Positions 1 through 11,097 are shown, counted from the stretch's first letter. The stretch is 64,000 nt of DNA from Calditrichia bacterium (GCA_963777955.1 CAVZSQ010000013.1:192001-256000); one strand, 5' to 3'. Notes: generated by a model not told the origin, from the letters alone. Made by a program: numbers and translations.

Positions 1-1245
1 TGTGTTTAAATCGATCACGGCGATATTTAATCGGGATCCGCTTCCGCTATCCTTAACCTGCTCTCTTTGCCTGATTAAATCCGGGTCATTCAGGCTCAGA
101 TTATGAATTTGCGGGCTTAGTCCCGGATAGAGAAACTTGTCATCAGTATAACCATCACGAAATACTTTAAATTTTAATTTTGAACCGAAACTGAATTGTG
201 GAAGTATAGCAGAAACAAATTCCGCGACCGTTTTACCGCGCAGGGCAATTCCGCCGAATTCCAGTAATATATCGCCTCTCTTTAATCCGGCCAGCTCGGC
301 AGGTCCATTTTTCAGGATGCCAATGACTTTCAATCCGTCGGTCACATTTTTCAATTCAATGCCCAGGGTATTCTTTTTTCCGAAGACTTTGAACGCCTCT
401 TCATATCTGCCCTGCGCCACATGGTTAAATCCTAAATAGAATGTTACATCTTTCTTTTCCGCATCAGTTTCTAAGCGGTTTTGTATTGTGGTTAAGAGAT
501 CCATAGCTTTATCATATTCACCCATGGCCTGATAAACCTTGCATAAAGCGATATAACTGTAATTGACCGGTTTTATTTTGATGGACTCCTTAAACTGTTC
601 AATGGCGTCATAGTACATTTGTAAATAGTAATAATTCCAGCCCAGTCTATTATGCGGCAACCATGAAGCTGCATTTTGAGGATGTAATTCGGCAAATTTT
701 AAATAATATTTAAGCGAGGTTTCGTAATCCTCCAGCGCGTTATAACACAGGCCCAGCCAGTTATAATTATCGTAGGATTCTTTTATTGTATTGGCTTTTA
801 TAAGATTTTCGATGGCCTCATTATATTTATGCAGGTTATAATATGAGTAACCCAGCCATTGATAGCAAGAGGCTTCCTGCGGTTTAAATTTTCTGGATAG
901 GGAGAAATTCAGCAGGGCTTTTTCATAATCTTGCAGCGCATAATAGCATTCCCCCAGGCCTAAATAGTTATCCCAGACCTCGTTTATAGTATTTGCCTTA
1001 TTAAGATTTTCAATTGCCAGATCGTATTTAGCCAGCCGGTAATAAGTCCAGCCTAGCCAGTGGTAGGGCGGCATCTCTTTTGGTTTTGATTCCACCCATT
1101 TTAAGAAATTGGGCAGAGCCTCTTCATATCTGCCTGCCTTATATAAAGTCTGACCCTGGTTCATAGAAGATTCAGCATCTTGAGAAAAACTAGTGAAAGG
1201 TACGCTGACCATTAGTAAAGAAATGACCATCCATAAGCGTGACAT
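1..1245 (-). CDS. Exported TPR-repeat + PDZ domain protein, 3'-truncated by window edge
   Basis: Not in ORF track (no stop in window). Translated by hand from ATG 1245 (RBS AAGGAA): signal-like MSRLWMVISLLMVSVPFTSFSQ, multiple TPR units (YHWLGWTYYRLAKYDLAIENL; YLGLGECYYALQDYEKAL), PDZ motif LGIELKNVTDGLKVIGILKNGPAELAGLKRGDILLEFGG, then NIAVIDL at the edge. Confidence 0.85.
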   Translation of the reverse strand, partial: MSRLWMVISLLMVSVPFTSFSQDAESSMNQGQTLYKAGRYEEALPNFLKWVESKPKEMPPYHWLGWTYYRLAKYDLAIENLNKANTINEVWDNYLGLGECYYALQDYEKALLNFSLSRKFKPQEASCYQWLGYSYYNLHKYNEAIENLIKANTIKESYDNYNWLGLCYNALEDYETSLKYYLKFAELHPQNAASWLPHNRLGWNYYYLQMYYDAIEQFKESIKIKPVNYSYIALCKVYQAMGEYDKAMDLLTTIQNRLETDAEKKDVTFYLGFNHVAQGRYEEAFKVFGKKNTLGIELKNVTDGLKVIGILKNGPAELAGLKRGDILLEFGGIALRGKTVAEFVSAILPQFSFGSKLKFKVFRDGYTDDKFLYPGLSPQIHNLSLNDPDLIRQREQVKDSGSGSRLNIAVIDLNT

Positions 1246-1388
1246 TTGAATTCCTTCTTTAAATATTTATTAAGCATTAATAATGAGATTCATGTTATCA
1301 ATTATCGTACATATAGAGAATTATCTGAGCAGGAAAGTTATATAATAAAAGGCACTAAGGCAGATAGTAGGGATGCCCGGTCATCAAT

Positions 1389-1419
1389 CACCTCCGAAGT
1401 TATCAGAACCCCGGAGGTG
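1389..1419. repeat. REP-like imperfect palindrome
   Basis: CACCTCCGAAGTT-ATCAG-AACCCCGGAGGTG, just downstream of the rplQ terminator. Confidence 0.45.
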
Positions 1420-1421
1420 GT

Positions 1422-1453
1422 AAAAAAAAAGGCGGTTTATTTACCGCCTTTTT
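1422..1453 (-). terminator. Intrinsic terminator of the alpha operon, overlapping the rplQ stop
   Basis: Minus strand AAAAAGGCGGT-AAATAA-ACCGCC-TTTTTTTTT; the loop contains the TAA stop. Confidence 0.8.
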
Positions 1454-2057
1454 CCTTTTTATCTTTTTTGTCCTTTTTAACTTTTTTCTTTTCCGGTGGG
1501 ATTTCTTCTTTAGCCTTGGTTTCTTTGGATTCTTTGGCTTTGCCTTTCTTATCCTTCTTCGGTTTCGCTTCCTCCGCTCCCGGTTCTACCAGTGATCCTG
1601 TTTCACCTCTTGTTTCCAATACCTTGGCTTTATCTTCCGCTGCTTTTTTCTTAGCCTTTTTCTTTTCATCTTTGGCCGCTTTGGCTGCTTCCACTGTTTT
1701 TTCAAAACCGACCAGCTGCAGCAGGGCTATCGAAGCTCCGTCACCCTGCCGGCGGCCAAGTTTCAATATCCTGGTATAACCGCCCTGGCGATCGGTATAA
1801 ACCGGGGCAATTTCATCAAACAATATTTTAATCGATGCTTTTTGCCGCAGAAAATTAAAAGCCAGGCGCCGATGGTGTAATCCCCCTCTTTTAGCATAGG
1901 TAATCAATCGCTCCACCAGCGGCCGCGCCGTCTTGGCTTTGATCGTAGTGGTCTTAATCTCTTTATGTTCAAATAACTGATTAGCCAGATTTCTTAACAA
2001 CGCTTTGCGATGGCTGGCTGTACGGGTTAGTTGCTTACCCTTTTTTCGATGTCGCAT
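1437..2057 (-). CDS. rplQ: 50S ribosomal protein L17 with Lys/Glu-rich C-terminal extension
   Basis: MRHRKKGKQLTRTASHRKALLRN...GGYTRILKLGRRQGD; follows rpoA. Confidence 0.97.
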   Translation of the reverse strand: MRHRKKGKQLTRTASHRKALLRNLANQLFEHKEIKTTTIKAKTARPLVERLITYAKRGGLHHRRLAFNFLRQKASIKILFDEIAPVYTDRQGGYTRILKLGRRQGDGASIALLQLVGFEKTVEAAKAAKDEKKKAKKKAAEDKAKVLETRGETGSLVEPGAEEAKPKKDKKGKAKESKETKAKEEIPPEKKKVKKDKKDKKEKGGK

Positions 2058-2084
2058 GATAACCTCTTATCCATTCAAGCCAAT

Positions 2085-3072
2085 TTATTTTTCATCACCT
2101 TTCAGATACTGATCCACATTCATTCCGAAATGCAGACCCCGTTCTTCCAGAATTTTATTTAATTCGGTCAAGGACTTGCGTCCGAAGTTTCTGAATTTGA
2201 GCATCTCCTGCTCATCGCGGCGGACCAGGTCGCCGATGGTTTTGATATTCGCCGCCTTCAGACAGTTATGGGAACGAACCGACAATTCCAGTTCGTCAAC
2301 ACTCATCTTCAGCAGTTTTTTAATGCGCAGCACTTCTTCATCCACTTCGGTGGTTTCTTCTTCTTCCGGTTCAATATCAAAATTGATAAATAATTGAATA
2401 TGATCGCGCAGAATTTTGCCGCTGAAGGTCAGGGCATCATCCGGTGTGATACTGCCATCGGTATGGATTTCCAGGATCAGTTTCTCAAAATCTGTGCGCT
2501 GACCCACCCGCGTATTTTCAATATAGTATTTGACGTTCATAATCGGCGAGAAGATAGCATCCATGGGTACCACGCCTATCGGCTGATCGATCATTTTATT
2601 CTCTTCAGCCGTGACATAACCGCGTCCTTTGCCGATGCGCAATTCCATCTCGAAATCCGCTTCTTCATTAAGCGAAGCCAGGTGCAGATCCGGATTGAGT
2701 ACTTCGACTTCGGCGCTTTGCTTCTGGATATCCGCTGCTTTCAATTCAGCCGGGCCTTTAATCTGCAGTACGATTTTCTCCAGGCGTTTGTTCAGCAATT
2801 TCAGACGTACCTGTTTCAGGTTTAAGACCAGTTCGGTTACATCTTCATACACACCGGGGATGGTAGTAAATTCATGCTGTATGCCTTCGACCCGGATAGC
2901 CGTAATAGCCGCACCCTGTAATGAGGAAAGTAAAACCCGGCGAAACATGTTTCCAATGGTAACAGCGAAACCTTTTTCCAGCGGTTGCACCACAAACCGA
3001 CCGAAAGTGTTACTATAACTCTGCTCATCTCAGCTCGATGCGCTCAGGCATCTGAAAATTTGTCCAGCTCAT
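2085..3072 (-). CDS. rpoA: RNA polymerase alpha subunit (apparent +1 frameshift near 3030)
   Basis: ATG 3072 MSWTNFQMPERIEL joins DEQSYSNTFGRFVVQPLEKG if one base at ~3030 is removed; alpha-CTD LSVRSHNCLK...NFGRKSL. Confidence 0.95.
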
Positions 3073-3103
3073 TCACGTACCTTTTTATTTAGATTATGTT
3101 TTA

Positions 3104-3733
3104 TTATTTGGAATAAAATTCAACAATTAAATTTTCCTGAACCTGGCTTGGAATATCGCTGCGTTTGGGCCAATCCAGGAAAGTACCTTCCAGCTTGGCT
3201 TTCTCCAATTTTAGCCAGGGATACATATCTTCATCATGTATTTTGCGCATAGATTCATGTATCACCGAGAGTTTTTTACTTTTTTCCTTAACCGAGACCA
3301 TATCCCCCGGCCGCAGTTGGTAAGTCGGGATATTTACCGGTTTATTGTTGACCATAAAATGGCCGTGCTTGACCAGTTGCCGGGCCTGCTCACGCGACTG
3401 GGCAAAGCCGAGACGATAAACCGTATTATCCAGCCGGCTTTCCAGCAAGCGCAACAGATTTTCACCGGTAATGCCCTTCATTCTTTCGGCTTTCAGGAAG
3501 GTGTTCTGGAACTGCCGTTCCAAAGACCCGTACATGCGGCGAACCTTCTGTTTTTCACGCAACTGTACGCCATATTCCGAAAGTTTAGCCCGCTGAGATA
3601 CACCATGCTGTCCGGGAGGATAACTCTTTTTCTCAAAGGCACACTTTACCGTCAGACATCGGCTGCCTTTCAGAAACAATTTTTCTCCTTCCCTTCTGCA
3701 CAACTTACAAACTGCACCTGTATATCTTGCCAT
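3104..3733 (-). CDS. rpsD: 30S ribosomal protein S4
   Basis: [23 protein letters not shown]...[13 protein letters not shown]. Confidence 0.98.
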   Translation of the reverse strand: MARYTGAVCKLCRREGEKLFLKGSRCLTVKCAFEKKSYPPGQHGVSQRAKLSEYGVQLREKQKVRRMYGSLERQFQNTFLKAERMKGITGENLLRLLESRLDNTVYRLGFAQSREQARQLVKHGHFMVNNKPVNIPTYQLRPGDMVSVKEKSKKLSVIHESMRKIHDEDMYPWLKLEKAKLEGTFLDWPKRSDIPSQVQENLIVEFYSK

Positions 3734-3760
3734 TCCGTTTACCTCATTCTCTTTGGTCTA

Positions 3761-4153
3761 TTAAACTCGTCTTTTCTTCGGCGCACGACATCCATTATGG
3801 GGAATGGGTGTAATGTCCTTGATCGATACAACTTCCAGGCCGGCAGCCTGCAGTGACCGGATCGCAGCCTCGCGGCCTGAACCAGGTCCTTTCACCTCGA
3901 CATCTACGCGGCGTAGACCGAGTTCAAAGGCTTCCTTGGCAGCATTTTCCGCAGCATTCTGTGCCGCGAAAGGAGTATTTTTCCGCGAACCTTTAAAACC
4001 GGCCCGGCCAGCGGTAGCCCAGGCTACAACATTTCCGTAGGCATCAGTCAGGGAAATAATCGTATTATTAAAACTGGCTTTTATATGAGCCTTACCATGA
4101 GCATCAACCCGCTCTCTTTTTTTTGTTTTCTTTTTACCTTTTGGTGCTACCAA
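3761..4153 (-). CDS. rpsK: 30S ribosomal protein S11
   Basis: ASFNNTI...[13 protein letters not shown]...[13 protein letters not shown] start. Confidence 0.98.
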   Translation of the reverse strand: MVAPKGKKKTKKRERVDAHGKAHIKASFNNTIISLTDAYGNVVAWATAGRAGFKGSRKNTPFAAQNAAENAAKEAFELGLRRVDVEVKGPGSGREAAIRSLQAAGLEVVSIKDITPIPHNGCRAPKKRRV

Positions 4154-4178
4154 TTTATTTCTCCTGTTTTATTCTTGC

Positions 4179-4544
4179 TTACTTTTTAGCTCCGAGAGCA
4201 CGCCGGCGGCCTTTGCGTGTACGGGCATTGGTTTTAGTCCGCTGACCATGTACCGGTAATCCCCGGCGGTGACGCGTACCACGGTAGCAGTTAATATCCA
4301 TCAGGCGCTTGATGTTCATACTGGTTTCTGACTTAAGCGAACCTTCCACTTTGTAATTGGTCTGGATGATATTACGGATAGCTTTTACCTGTTCATCATT
4401 CAACTCGCTCACCCGCGTATCCTCATTCACATTGGCTTCCGAACAAATCCGGCGCGCGCTGCTTTTACCGATTCCATAAATATATGTTAAACCGATTACG
4501 ACGCGCTTATTCTTCGGTAAATCAATTCCAGAAATACGTGCCAA
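4179..4544 (-). CDS. rpsM: 30S ribosomal protein S13
   Basis: [13 protein letters not shown]...[21 protein letters not shown] start after GAGGAGG. Confidence 0.98.
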   Translation of the reverse strand: MARISGIDLPKNKRVVIGLTYIYGIGKSSARRICSEANVNEDTRVSELNDEQVKAIRNIIQTNYKVEGSLKSETSMNIKRLMDINCYRGTRHRRGLPVHGQRTKTNARTRKGRRRALGAKK

Positions 4545-4567
4545 AACTGCCTCCTCGAATCGGGTTT

Positions 4568-4684
4568 CTAACCCTGTCTTTGTTTATGTTTGGGATTCTT
4601 TTTACAGATCACCCGGACTACTCCCTTGCGCCGGACAATCTTGCAACCATCACATATCTTTTTAACCGATGCTCGTACTTTCAT
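4568..4684 (-). CDS. rpmJ: 50S ribosomal protein L36 (Zn-binding type)
   Basis: Below ORF-track cutoff; hand translation [38 protein letters not shown]. Confidence 0.97.
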   Translation of the reverse strand: MKVRASVKKICDGCKIVRRKGVVRVICKKNPKHKQRQG

Positions 4685-4725
4685 GTCTTAATCCTTTAGT
4701 GTACATTCCTGTAGGGTACTTCCTG

Positions 4726-4944
4726 CTATTTATACCGATAGATGATCCGGCCCCGGGTCAAATCGTACGGCGAAAGTTCCAGACTGACCTTATCGCCCGG
4801 CAGAATCTTAATGAAATGCATCCGCATCTTACCCGAAACATGAGCCAGTACTTCGTGACCATTATCCAGTTTTACAATAAAAGTGGCATTGGGCAATGTT
4901 TCCTTGATGATGCCATCAATCTTGATCGCTTCTTCTTTCGCCAT
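4726..4944 (-). CDS. infA: Translation initiation factor IF-1
   Basis: [11 protein letters not shown]...[33 protein letters not shown]. Confidence 0.98.
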   Translation of the reverse strand: MAKEEAIKIDGIIKETLPNATFIVKLDNGHEVLAHVSGKMRMHFIKILPGDKVSLELSPYDLTRGRIIYRYK

Positions 4945-4951
4945 GGTGCCT

Positions 4952-5704
4952 CTAATCTAATTTGGATAAAATATCCGGATCATTTTCCGTGATCGCCACC
5001 GAATGTTCAAAATGGGCTGACGGTAATCCATCTACTGTTTTAACCGTCCATTTGTCGTCCGCGAAATAAACCTCATATCCACCCATATTAACCATGGGTT
5101 CAATTGCGAGCACCATTCCTTTTCTCAGTTTAGGCCCGCTATGAGCAGCACCGAAATTCGGGATTTGCGGATCTTCATGGGGCTGCAAACCGACCCCGTG
5201 TCCGACCAGATCGCGAACAACGCTGAAACGATGATTCTCCACATGCTGCTGGATTGCACTGCTTATATCTCCCACCCGGTTTGAATCCAGTGACCGGGCA
5301 ATCCCGATATATAAACTCTCTTCGGTAACTTTCAGTAATTCGGCCACCTGTGGTTTAACTGTCTCCACTGCATAAGTATAGGCCGCATCACCATAATAAC
5401 CGTTTAATTCCACTCCCACATCTATCCCGACAATCTCACCGCTATGTAGTATCCGCTGGTCCGAAGGGATACCGTGTACTACTTCATCCTGAATCGAAAT
5501 ACAGGAACTGGCCGGAAAACCGTATAATCCTTTGAAAGCCGGCCGGGCTTTTTTACCAATTATGAAATTTTCAATCTCTCTGTTTAATTCTCCGGTACTG
5601 ATTCCCGGGCGGATGAAATCTTTGATATATCTTAAGGTCTCCGCAACAATCCGATTACTTTCCCTGATCCTTTCAATTTCATCCTTGCTCTTTATGAAAA
5701 TCAT
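4952..5704 (-). CDS. map: Methionine aminopeptidase type I
   Basis: VVHGIP, GHGVG..HEDP, AIEPM, SAHFEH motifs. Confidence 0.97.
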   Translation of the reverse strand: MIFIKSKDEIERIRESNRIVAETLRYIKDFIRPGISTGELNREIENFIIGKKARPAFKGLYGFPASSCISIQDEVVHGIPSDQRILHSGEIVGIDVGVELNGYYGDAAYTYAVETVKPQVAELLKVTEESLYIGIARSLDSNRVGDISSAIQQHVENHRFSVVRDLVGHGVGLQPHEDPQIPNFGAAHSGPKLRKGMVLAIEPMVNMGGYEVYFADDKWTVKTVDGLPSAHFEHSVAITENDPDILSKLD

Positions 5705-5713
5705 AAAACGCTG

Positions 5714-7033
5714 TCAACCCCGTCTACCCCTGATCCGGCCCGACTTCATGAAACCGTCATAATGCCGCATGAATAAATGCGATTCCACCTGCTGCAAAAA
5801 GTCCAGGGCTACTCCGACAATAATCAGTAATCCGGTACCGCCGAAGAATGAGGCCAGGTTGTAAGGTACTTTCAAATATTTTGCCAGCAGGGCCGGGATG
5901 ATCGCCACAAAGGCCAGAAAGAACGAACTGGGTAAGGTAATACGGGTCAGAATATTATCCAGAAACTCGGAAGTTTTTTTGCCCGGACGAACGCCCGGAA
6001 TAAATCCGCCCTGTTTCTTCAGGTTATCAGCCACGTCGACCGGATTCAGCGCAATCGCGGTATAAAAATAAGTAAAGAAAACGACCATGATAAAGTACAG
6101 GATCCAGTAAAACCAGGAATCATACGAGAACAGCCGCTGGACACTGTCCATGAAATCACTTTCCGGGAAGAAGGTGATCATGGTACTGGGAACAAACATG
6201 ATGGCCTGGGCAAAGATGATCGGCATCACTCCGGCCGTATTAACCCGCATGGGAAAATGGGTATTGACACCGCCATATACTTTCCGGCCGATTACCCGTT
6301 TGGCGTATTGAATCGGAATACGGCGGGTACCCTGGGTTATCAGCACAACCACTAAAATGATGCTAAAAGCCAGAGCCAGCAGGAAAATTTCCCACAGCAA
6401 ACCGCGTTGTCCGCTTTGTATTTCCTGAAATACCGCATTGGGAAAACGGGCCACAATGCCGATAAAAATGATCATGGAAATACCATTACCGATGCCGCGG
6501 TGATCGATCTGCTCGCCAAGCCACATGATCAGCATAGTCCCCGTGGACATCGAAATCATGGTAAGCAGGATAAAAGATAATCCCGGATCGGGTACTGCCC
6601 GCATACCGTTGGACAGTTGAATGTTCTGCAGAAAAATAGCCACTCCATACCCCTGCATGGCTGAAATCAACAGCGTGCCGTACCGGGTATACTGGGTAAT
6701 TTTTTTCCGCCCTTCTTCGCCCTCGCGCTGCAGTTTCTGGAAGAAGGGGAAAACCGATCCCAGTAATTGAATAATAATCGATGCACTGATATAGGGCATA
6801 ATCCCCAGACCGAAAATAGCAGCCCGGCTGAAGGCTCCTCCGGCGAATAGATCGTAGAGTCCGAATAACGTTCCCTGTAACTGTTTAAATCCTTCCTCCA
6901 GCACGGCCGTATCAATTCCGGGGGTAATCACCAGTGTGCCGATCCGTTCAATCGACAGGATCATCAGTGTAAACAGGATACGCTGGCGCAGTTCGGCAAT
7001 TTTGAAAATATTTCGAAAGGTATTGAATATCAT
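5714..7033 (-). CDS. secY: Preprotein translocase SecY
   Basis: LGIMPYISASII, GIGNGIS, AGVMPIIFA, FIPGVRPG, GGTGLLIIVGV. Confidence 0.98.
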   Translation of the reverse strand: MIFNTFRNIFKIAELRQRILFTLMILSIERIGTLVITPGIDTAVLEEGFKQLQGTLFGLYDLFAGGAFSRAAIFGLGIMPYISASIIIQLLGSVFPFFQKLQREGEEGRKKITQYTRYGTLLISAMQGYGVAIFLQNIQLSNGMRAVPDPGLSFILLTMISMSTGTMLIMWLGEQIDHRGIGNGISMIIFIGIVARFPNAVFQEIQSGQRGLLWEIFLLALAFSIILVVVLITQGTRRIPIQYAKRVIGRKVYGGVNTHFPMRVNTAGVMPIIFAQAIMFVPSTMITFFPESDFMDSVQRLFSYDSWFYWILYFIMVVFFTYFYTAIALNPVDVADNLKKQGGFIPGVRPGKKTSEFLDNILTRITLPSSFFLAFVAIIPALLAKYLKVPYNLASFFGGTGLLIIVGVALDFLQQVESHLFMRHYDGFMKSGRIRGRRG

Positions 7034-7470
7034 GACAGCGTTATCGTGCCTCCCAGTTTTTCAATCTTTTCGCGTGCAGATTTACTGATCGCATCCACTT
7101 TAATGTTGATCTTGGATTTCAAATCTCCATTGCCTAGAATTTTTACCGGTATATCCATTTTGCGGATCAGGCCCTTTTCTTTCAGCAGTTCACGGTCAAT
7201 TTCTTTTGGACCGGCCAGTTTCTCCAGGTCTGCTACATTCACCACCTGAAATGCCTTTTTATGGATATTAACAAAACCAAATTTGGGCAATCGTCTTTGC
7301 AGTGGCATCTGTCCGCCCTCAAACCAGGCGCGTTTTCCGGAACCGCCCCGGGATAGTTCTCCCTTATTGCCGCGTCCGGCTGTTACTCCGCGACCCGATC
7401 CTTCACCACGGCCAACACGTTTCTTTTTATGGCGGGCGCCATCCCTGTATTTTAAACTTCCTAAATCCAT
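7030..7470 (-). CDS. rplO: 50S ribosomal protein L15
   Basis: KRVGRGEGSGRG, FEGGQMPLQRRLPKFGF. Confidence 0.97.
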   Translation of the reverse strand: MDLGSLKYRDGARHKKKRVGRGEGSGRGVTAGRGNKGELSRGGSGKRAWFEGGQMPLQRRLPKFGFVNIHKKAFQVVNVADLEKLAGPKEIDRELLKEKGLIRKMDIPVKILGNGDLKSKINIKVDAISKSAREKIEKLGGTITLS

Positions 7471-7480
7471 CACATTTCCT

Positions 7481-7678
7481 TTACTTTACATCCTCGACCC
7501 GAACCAGATCTTTTACTTTTTTCACCATCCCTACTATCTGGGGAGTGGCCGGATGAGTGACACTATGATTCAGTTTATGAATGCCGAGAGCACGAATAGT
7601 CCGTTTCTGTTTTTCTATACACCCGATCGTACTGCGAATCTGGGTGATCTTAATTTTCTTGTTGTCCTTGCTTGTCAT
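7481..7678 (-). CDS. rpmD: 50S ribosomal protein L30
   Basis: IKITQIRSTIG...TIRALG; position between rpsE and rplO. Confidence 0.96.
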   Translation of the reverse strand: MTSKDNKKIKITQIRSTIGCIEKQKRTIRALGIHKLNHSVTHPATPQIVGMVKKVKDLVRVEDVK

Positions 7679-7701
7679 GGTTATATCCCAGTTGTTATCT
7701 G

Positions 7702-8208
7702 CTAGCCGTTAAAAATTTCCAGAATTTTCAGACCCCGTTTCTTCGAGAGGGATGAAGCATCCATCAAAGACCGCAAGGCGTTAAACGTCGCCTTGGTAAC
7801 ATTATGGGGATTGGACGATCCGAGGGATTTGGTCAGGATATCCTGGATCCCTACTGCTTCACACAGCGCTCTTACCGGGCCGCCGGCAATCAAACCGGTA
7901 CCGGCCGAGGCAGGTTTTAAAATCACCTTGCCTGCGCCGTATTTCATCACGATCGGATGAGGGATAGTCCCTTTTATAATCGGAACACGGATGATATTTT
8001 TTTTGGCCTTTTCAGTGGCTTTGGCGATGGCCCCGGTTACCTCACGTGCTTTGCCATGTCCGATACCGACATGCCCGTTCCCGTCACCAACCACAATGAT
8101 CGCATTAAATGAAAATCTACGCCCACCTTTGATCACCTTGGCCACGCGATTTATATGAACGACTTTTTCCTTCAGATCCAGTTCTGCGGAATTAATCCTC
8201 TCGATCAA
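7702..8208 (-). CDS. rpsE: 30S ribosomal protein S5
   Basis: [31 protein letters not shown] start. Confidence 0.98.
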   Translation of the reverse strand: MIERINSAELDLKEKVVHINRVAKVIKGGRRFSFNAIIVVGDGNGHVGIGHGKAREVTGAIAKATEKAKKNIIRVPIIKGTIPHPIVMKYGAGKVILKPASAGTGLIAGGPVRALCEAVGIQDILTKSLGSSNPHNVTKATFNALRSLMDASSLSKKRGLKILEIFNG

Positions 8209-8228
8209 ACTATGTCCTCCTTATGGTT

Positions 8229-8567
8229 TTAAAATTTCAATCCGCCTTCACGGGCTCCTTCAGCGAAAGCTTTAATCCGCCCATGATAGAGATAACCATT
8301 GCGATCAAAGACTACCTGTTCAATCTTTTGTTTAACGGCCCGTTCAGCCAGAATTTTACCGATCTCTTTACTGGCTTTTGTTTTGTTTCCTGCTTTTTTC
8401 AGACTCTGGCCCAGATCTTTACTTATATTGGAAACCGAGAGCAAAGTCTTGTGATTGATATCGTCGACCAGTTGCCCGTATACATATTTTAAACTGCGAT
8501 AGACAACCAGGCGCGGTTTTTGCGGTGTTCCAATTATTTTTTTCTTTTTGTTGCTACTGTTAGGCAT
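8229..8567 (-). CDS. rplR: 50S ribosomal protein L18
   Basis: KPRLVVYRS...VVFDRNGYLYHGRIKAFAEGAREGGLKF. Confidence 0.96.
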   Translation of the reverse strand: MPNSSNKKKKIIGTPQKPRLVVYRSLKYVYGQLVDDINHKTLLSVSNISKDLGQSLKKAGNKTKASKEIGKILAERAVKQKIEQVVFDRNGYLYHGRIKAFAEGAREGGLKF

Positions 8568-8595
8568 TTTAAACCTCAACCCTTATTATGCTGCT

Positions 8596-9132
8596 TTATG
8601 CACCCGTCTTGCCGGCTTTTTTGCGCACATACTCTCCGGCATACCGAATACCTTTACCTTTATATGGTTCCGGGCTGCGGAAACCGCGGATTTTTGCCGC
8701 TATCAAACCGACTAATTCTTTATCCGCTCCCTCAATCACAATTTCGGTGGCTACGGGACAGGAAGCGGTAATTGTTTCCGGCATGGCTAATAGAATAGGA
8801 TGGGAATATCCCAGATTTAACAATAGATGTTTCCCTCTCAGTTCCGCTTTATATCCCACTCCGATAATTTCCAGTTTGCGCTGGTAACCTTTGGAAACCC
8901 CGGCAACCATATTGGCAATCAGCGAACGGGTCAGCCCGTGCAAGGATTTATGCTTCTTACTATCCCCGGGCCGGCTGACTTTAATTTCATTTTGTTCGAT
9001 CTTGACATCCATGTCGGCATGTATTTTCATGGTCAACTGTCCTCTGGGACCTTTGCAGGACAATACATGATTTTCAAGATTCACATCCACTTTTTCAGGA
9101 ATCTTTATCGGTAATCTTCCAATCCGTGACAA
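8596..9132 (-). CDS. rplF: 50S ribosomal protein L6
   Basis: TTG-SRIGRLPI...PEPYKGKGIRY. Confidence 0.97.
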   Translation of the reverse strand: MSRIGRLPIKIPEKVDVNLENHVLSCKGPRGQLTMKIHADMDVKIEQNEIKVSRPGDSKKHKSLHGLTRSLIANMVAGVSKGYQRKLEIIGVGYKAELRGKHLLLNLGYSHPILLAMPETITASCPVATEIVIEGADKELVGLIAAKIRGFRSPEPYKGKGIRYAGEYVRKKAGKTGA

Positions 9133-9156
9133 GGTCGCTTCTCCTTTAACTAACAA

Positions 9157-9558
9157 TTAGTACACATAACAAAGAACTTCGCCGCCCACATGATTTCGCT
9201 GTGCTTCATGAGCGGTCATTATACCCTTAGGTGTAGTCATGATGGCCACCCCCAGATTATTTAAAACTCTAGGTAAACCATTGACACCCACGTAATGGCG
9301 GCGTCCGGGTTTACTGATACGGCGTATTAAATTGATCAGGGGTTTTCCGCCTTCATCATATTTAAGCCAGATCCGCAGTATACCTTTGTTGCCTTCGGTA
9401 TCTATAATTATGTATCGTTTCAGGTACCCCTGCGCGTATAATATTTTGGTGATCTGTAGTTTCATTTTCGATGCGGGGATATCGACATGTTTGAATCCCG
9501 CTCTTCCTCCATTACGGATGATCGTCAAATAATCTGCAATCGGATCGGTTACAGCCAT
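9157..9558 (-). CDS. rpsH: 30S ribosomal protein S8
   Basis: TDPIADYLTIIRN...ISKPGRR...GGEVLCYVY. Confidence 0.98.
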   Translation of the reverse strand: MAVTDPIADYLTIIRNGGRAGFKHVDIPASKMKLQITKILYAQGYLKRYIIIDTEGNKGILRIWLKYDEGGKPLINLIRRISKPGRRHYVGVNGLPRVLNNLGVAIMTTPKGIMTAHEAQRNHVGGEVLCYVY

Positions 9559-9582
9559 GTTCTTTCAACTCCTATTCACTAT

Positions 9583-9768
9583 TTACCAACTTGCTTTGGT
9601 CACACCGGGGATTTCCCCCATCAGTGCTAATTCCCGGAAACAAATACGGCATAATCCATATTTGCGGATATAGGCTCTGGGCCTGCCGCAGCGTTTGCAG
9701 CGATGATAATTTCTGGTGCTGAACTTTTGTTTTCGATTCGCCTTAACTATCATGCAACGTTTTGCCAA
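9583..9768 (-). CDS. rpsN: 30S ribosomal protein S14 (61-aa Zn-binding type Z)
   Basis: RCKRCGRPR...[24 protein letters not shown] start 9768. Confidence 0.97.
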   Translation of the reverse strand: MAKRCMIVKANRKQKFSTRNYHRCKRCGRPRAYIRKYGLCRICFRELALMGEIPGVTKASW

Positions 9769-9787
9769 CTTGCACCTCACTCCTTAA

Positions 9788-10345
9788 TTATGCTTGTTTT
9801 CTGAACGGCATGCCAAAAGCCTTCAACAATTCAAATGCTTCTTCATCACTCCTGGCATTAGTGACGAACGTAATATCCAACCCGCGAATACGGTCTATTT
9901 TATCTACATTGATCTCCGGAAAAATAATCTGTTCTTTTATCCCGATACTATAACCGCCGCGTCCGTCCAGCGAGGTATCAGAGAGTCCCCTGAAATCACG
10001 GATTCTGGGAATAGTGATGGTGATGAAGCGATCCAGAAACTCGAATAACCGTTTACGGCGCAAGGTTACCCGGCAACCGATGGTCATGCCGGCCCGCAAT
10101 TTAAAATTTGACACGGATTTTTTGGCCTTGGTAACCGCCGGTTTCTGACCGCTGATCAGGGTCAGTTCACTTATGGCATGTTCGAGCAGTTTAGGATCCT
10201 GCTTGGCATCACCCACACCCATATTCAAACAAATCTTCTCTATCCGCGGTACCTGATGAACATTGGTGTAACCAAAACGTTTCATCATATAGGGAATGAT
10301 CTCTTTTTTATATTTTTCTAATGCTCGCGGAATATATTCAGCCAT
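9788..10345 (-). CDS. rplE: 50S ribosomal protein L5
   Basis: [30 protein letters not shown]. Confidence 0.98.
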   Translation of the reverse strand: MAEYIPRALEKYKKEIIPYMMKRFGYTNVHQVPRIEKICLNMGVGDAKQDPKLLEHAISELTLISGQKPAVTKAKKSVSNFKLRAGMTIGCRVTLRRKRLFEFLDRFITITIPRIRDFRGLSDTSLDGRGGYSIGIKEQIIFPEINVDKIDRIRGLDITFVTNARSDEEAFELLKAFGMPFRKQA

Positions 10346-10365
10346 TTTTCTTCATCCTATCTATA

Positions 10366-10686
10366 TCAGGTTGATAATATTTCACCACAATCGGCATTCT
10401 TACAGATACGTACCTTGGTGCCGTCATCAAGATATTTATGACCCACGCGGGTGGGCTGGTTACATTTTTTACAGATTACCATCAAATTCGAAACATGAAT
10501 CGGCGCTTCCTTTTCGACAATGCCACCCTGCGGATGTTTACGGGAAGGCTTGGTATGACGTTTGATCATGCCTACCCCTTCAATAATGACCCGATTCTTA
10601 TCAGGATAAACTTTCAGTACCTTACCTGTTTTGGTTTTATACTTTCCGGATATTACTTTTACCAGATCATTTTTTACCAGGTTCAT
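10366..10686 (-). CDS. rplX: 50S ribosomal protein L24
   Basis: KOW motif [21 protein letters not shown]. Confidence 0.97.
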   Translation of the reverse strand: MNLVKNDLVKVISGKYKTKTGKVLKVYPDKNRVIIEGVGMIKRHTKPSRKHPQGGIVEKEAPIHVSNLMVICKKCNQPTRVGHKYLDDGTKVRICKNADCGEILST

Positions 10687-10704
10687 TGTTCAAATCCTAT
10701 CTAT

Positions 10705-11073
10705 TTATAGTACTTCAGGAGCTAACGATACAATTTTCATAAATTCTTTTTCACGCAATTCCCGCGCTACCGGACCAAAGATACGGGTACCGCGAGGTTC
10801 GTTTTGATTATCCAGTAACACCGCAGCATTATCTTCGAAACGGATATAGGAGCCATCATCCCGCCGGATTTCCTTGCTGGTGCGTACGATTACCGCCCGG
10901 GAAACTTCTCCTTTTTTTACCGCACCACCCGGGATAGCGGTTTTAATCGACACCACAATGATATCCCCCACTGTAGCATATTTCCTTTTTGATCCACCCA
11001 GTAAGCGGATACACATGACGCTCTTGGCACCTGAATTATCGGCTACACTCAGCCTGGTATATTCCTGAATCAT
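10705..11073 (-). CDS. rplN: 50S ribosomal protein L14
   Basis: ADNSGAK...[13 protein letters not shown]...SLAPEVL. Confidence 0.98.
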   Translation of the reverse strand: MIQEYTRLSVADNSGAKSVMCIRLLGGSKRKYATVGDIIVVSIKTAIPGGAVKKGEVSRAVIVRTSKEIRRDDGSYIRFEDNAAVLLDNQNEPRGTRIFGPVARELREKEFMKIVSLAPEVL

Positions 11074-11097
11074 GTGTGAATCCTTTCTGCTTGCAAC

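Noticed and set aside
1246..1779. 177-aa plus-strand Phe/Ser/Leu-rich ORF
   Set aside because: Antisense shadow of the Lys/Glu-rich rplQ tail
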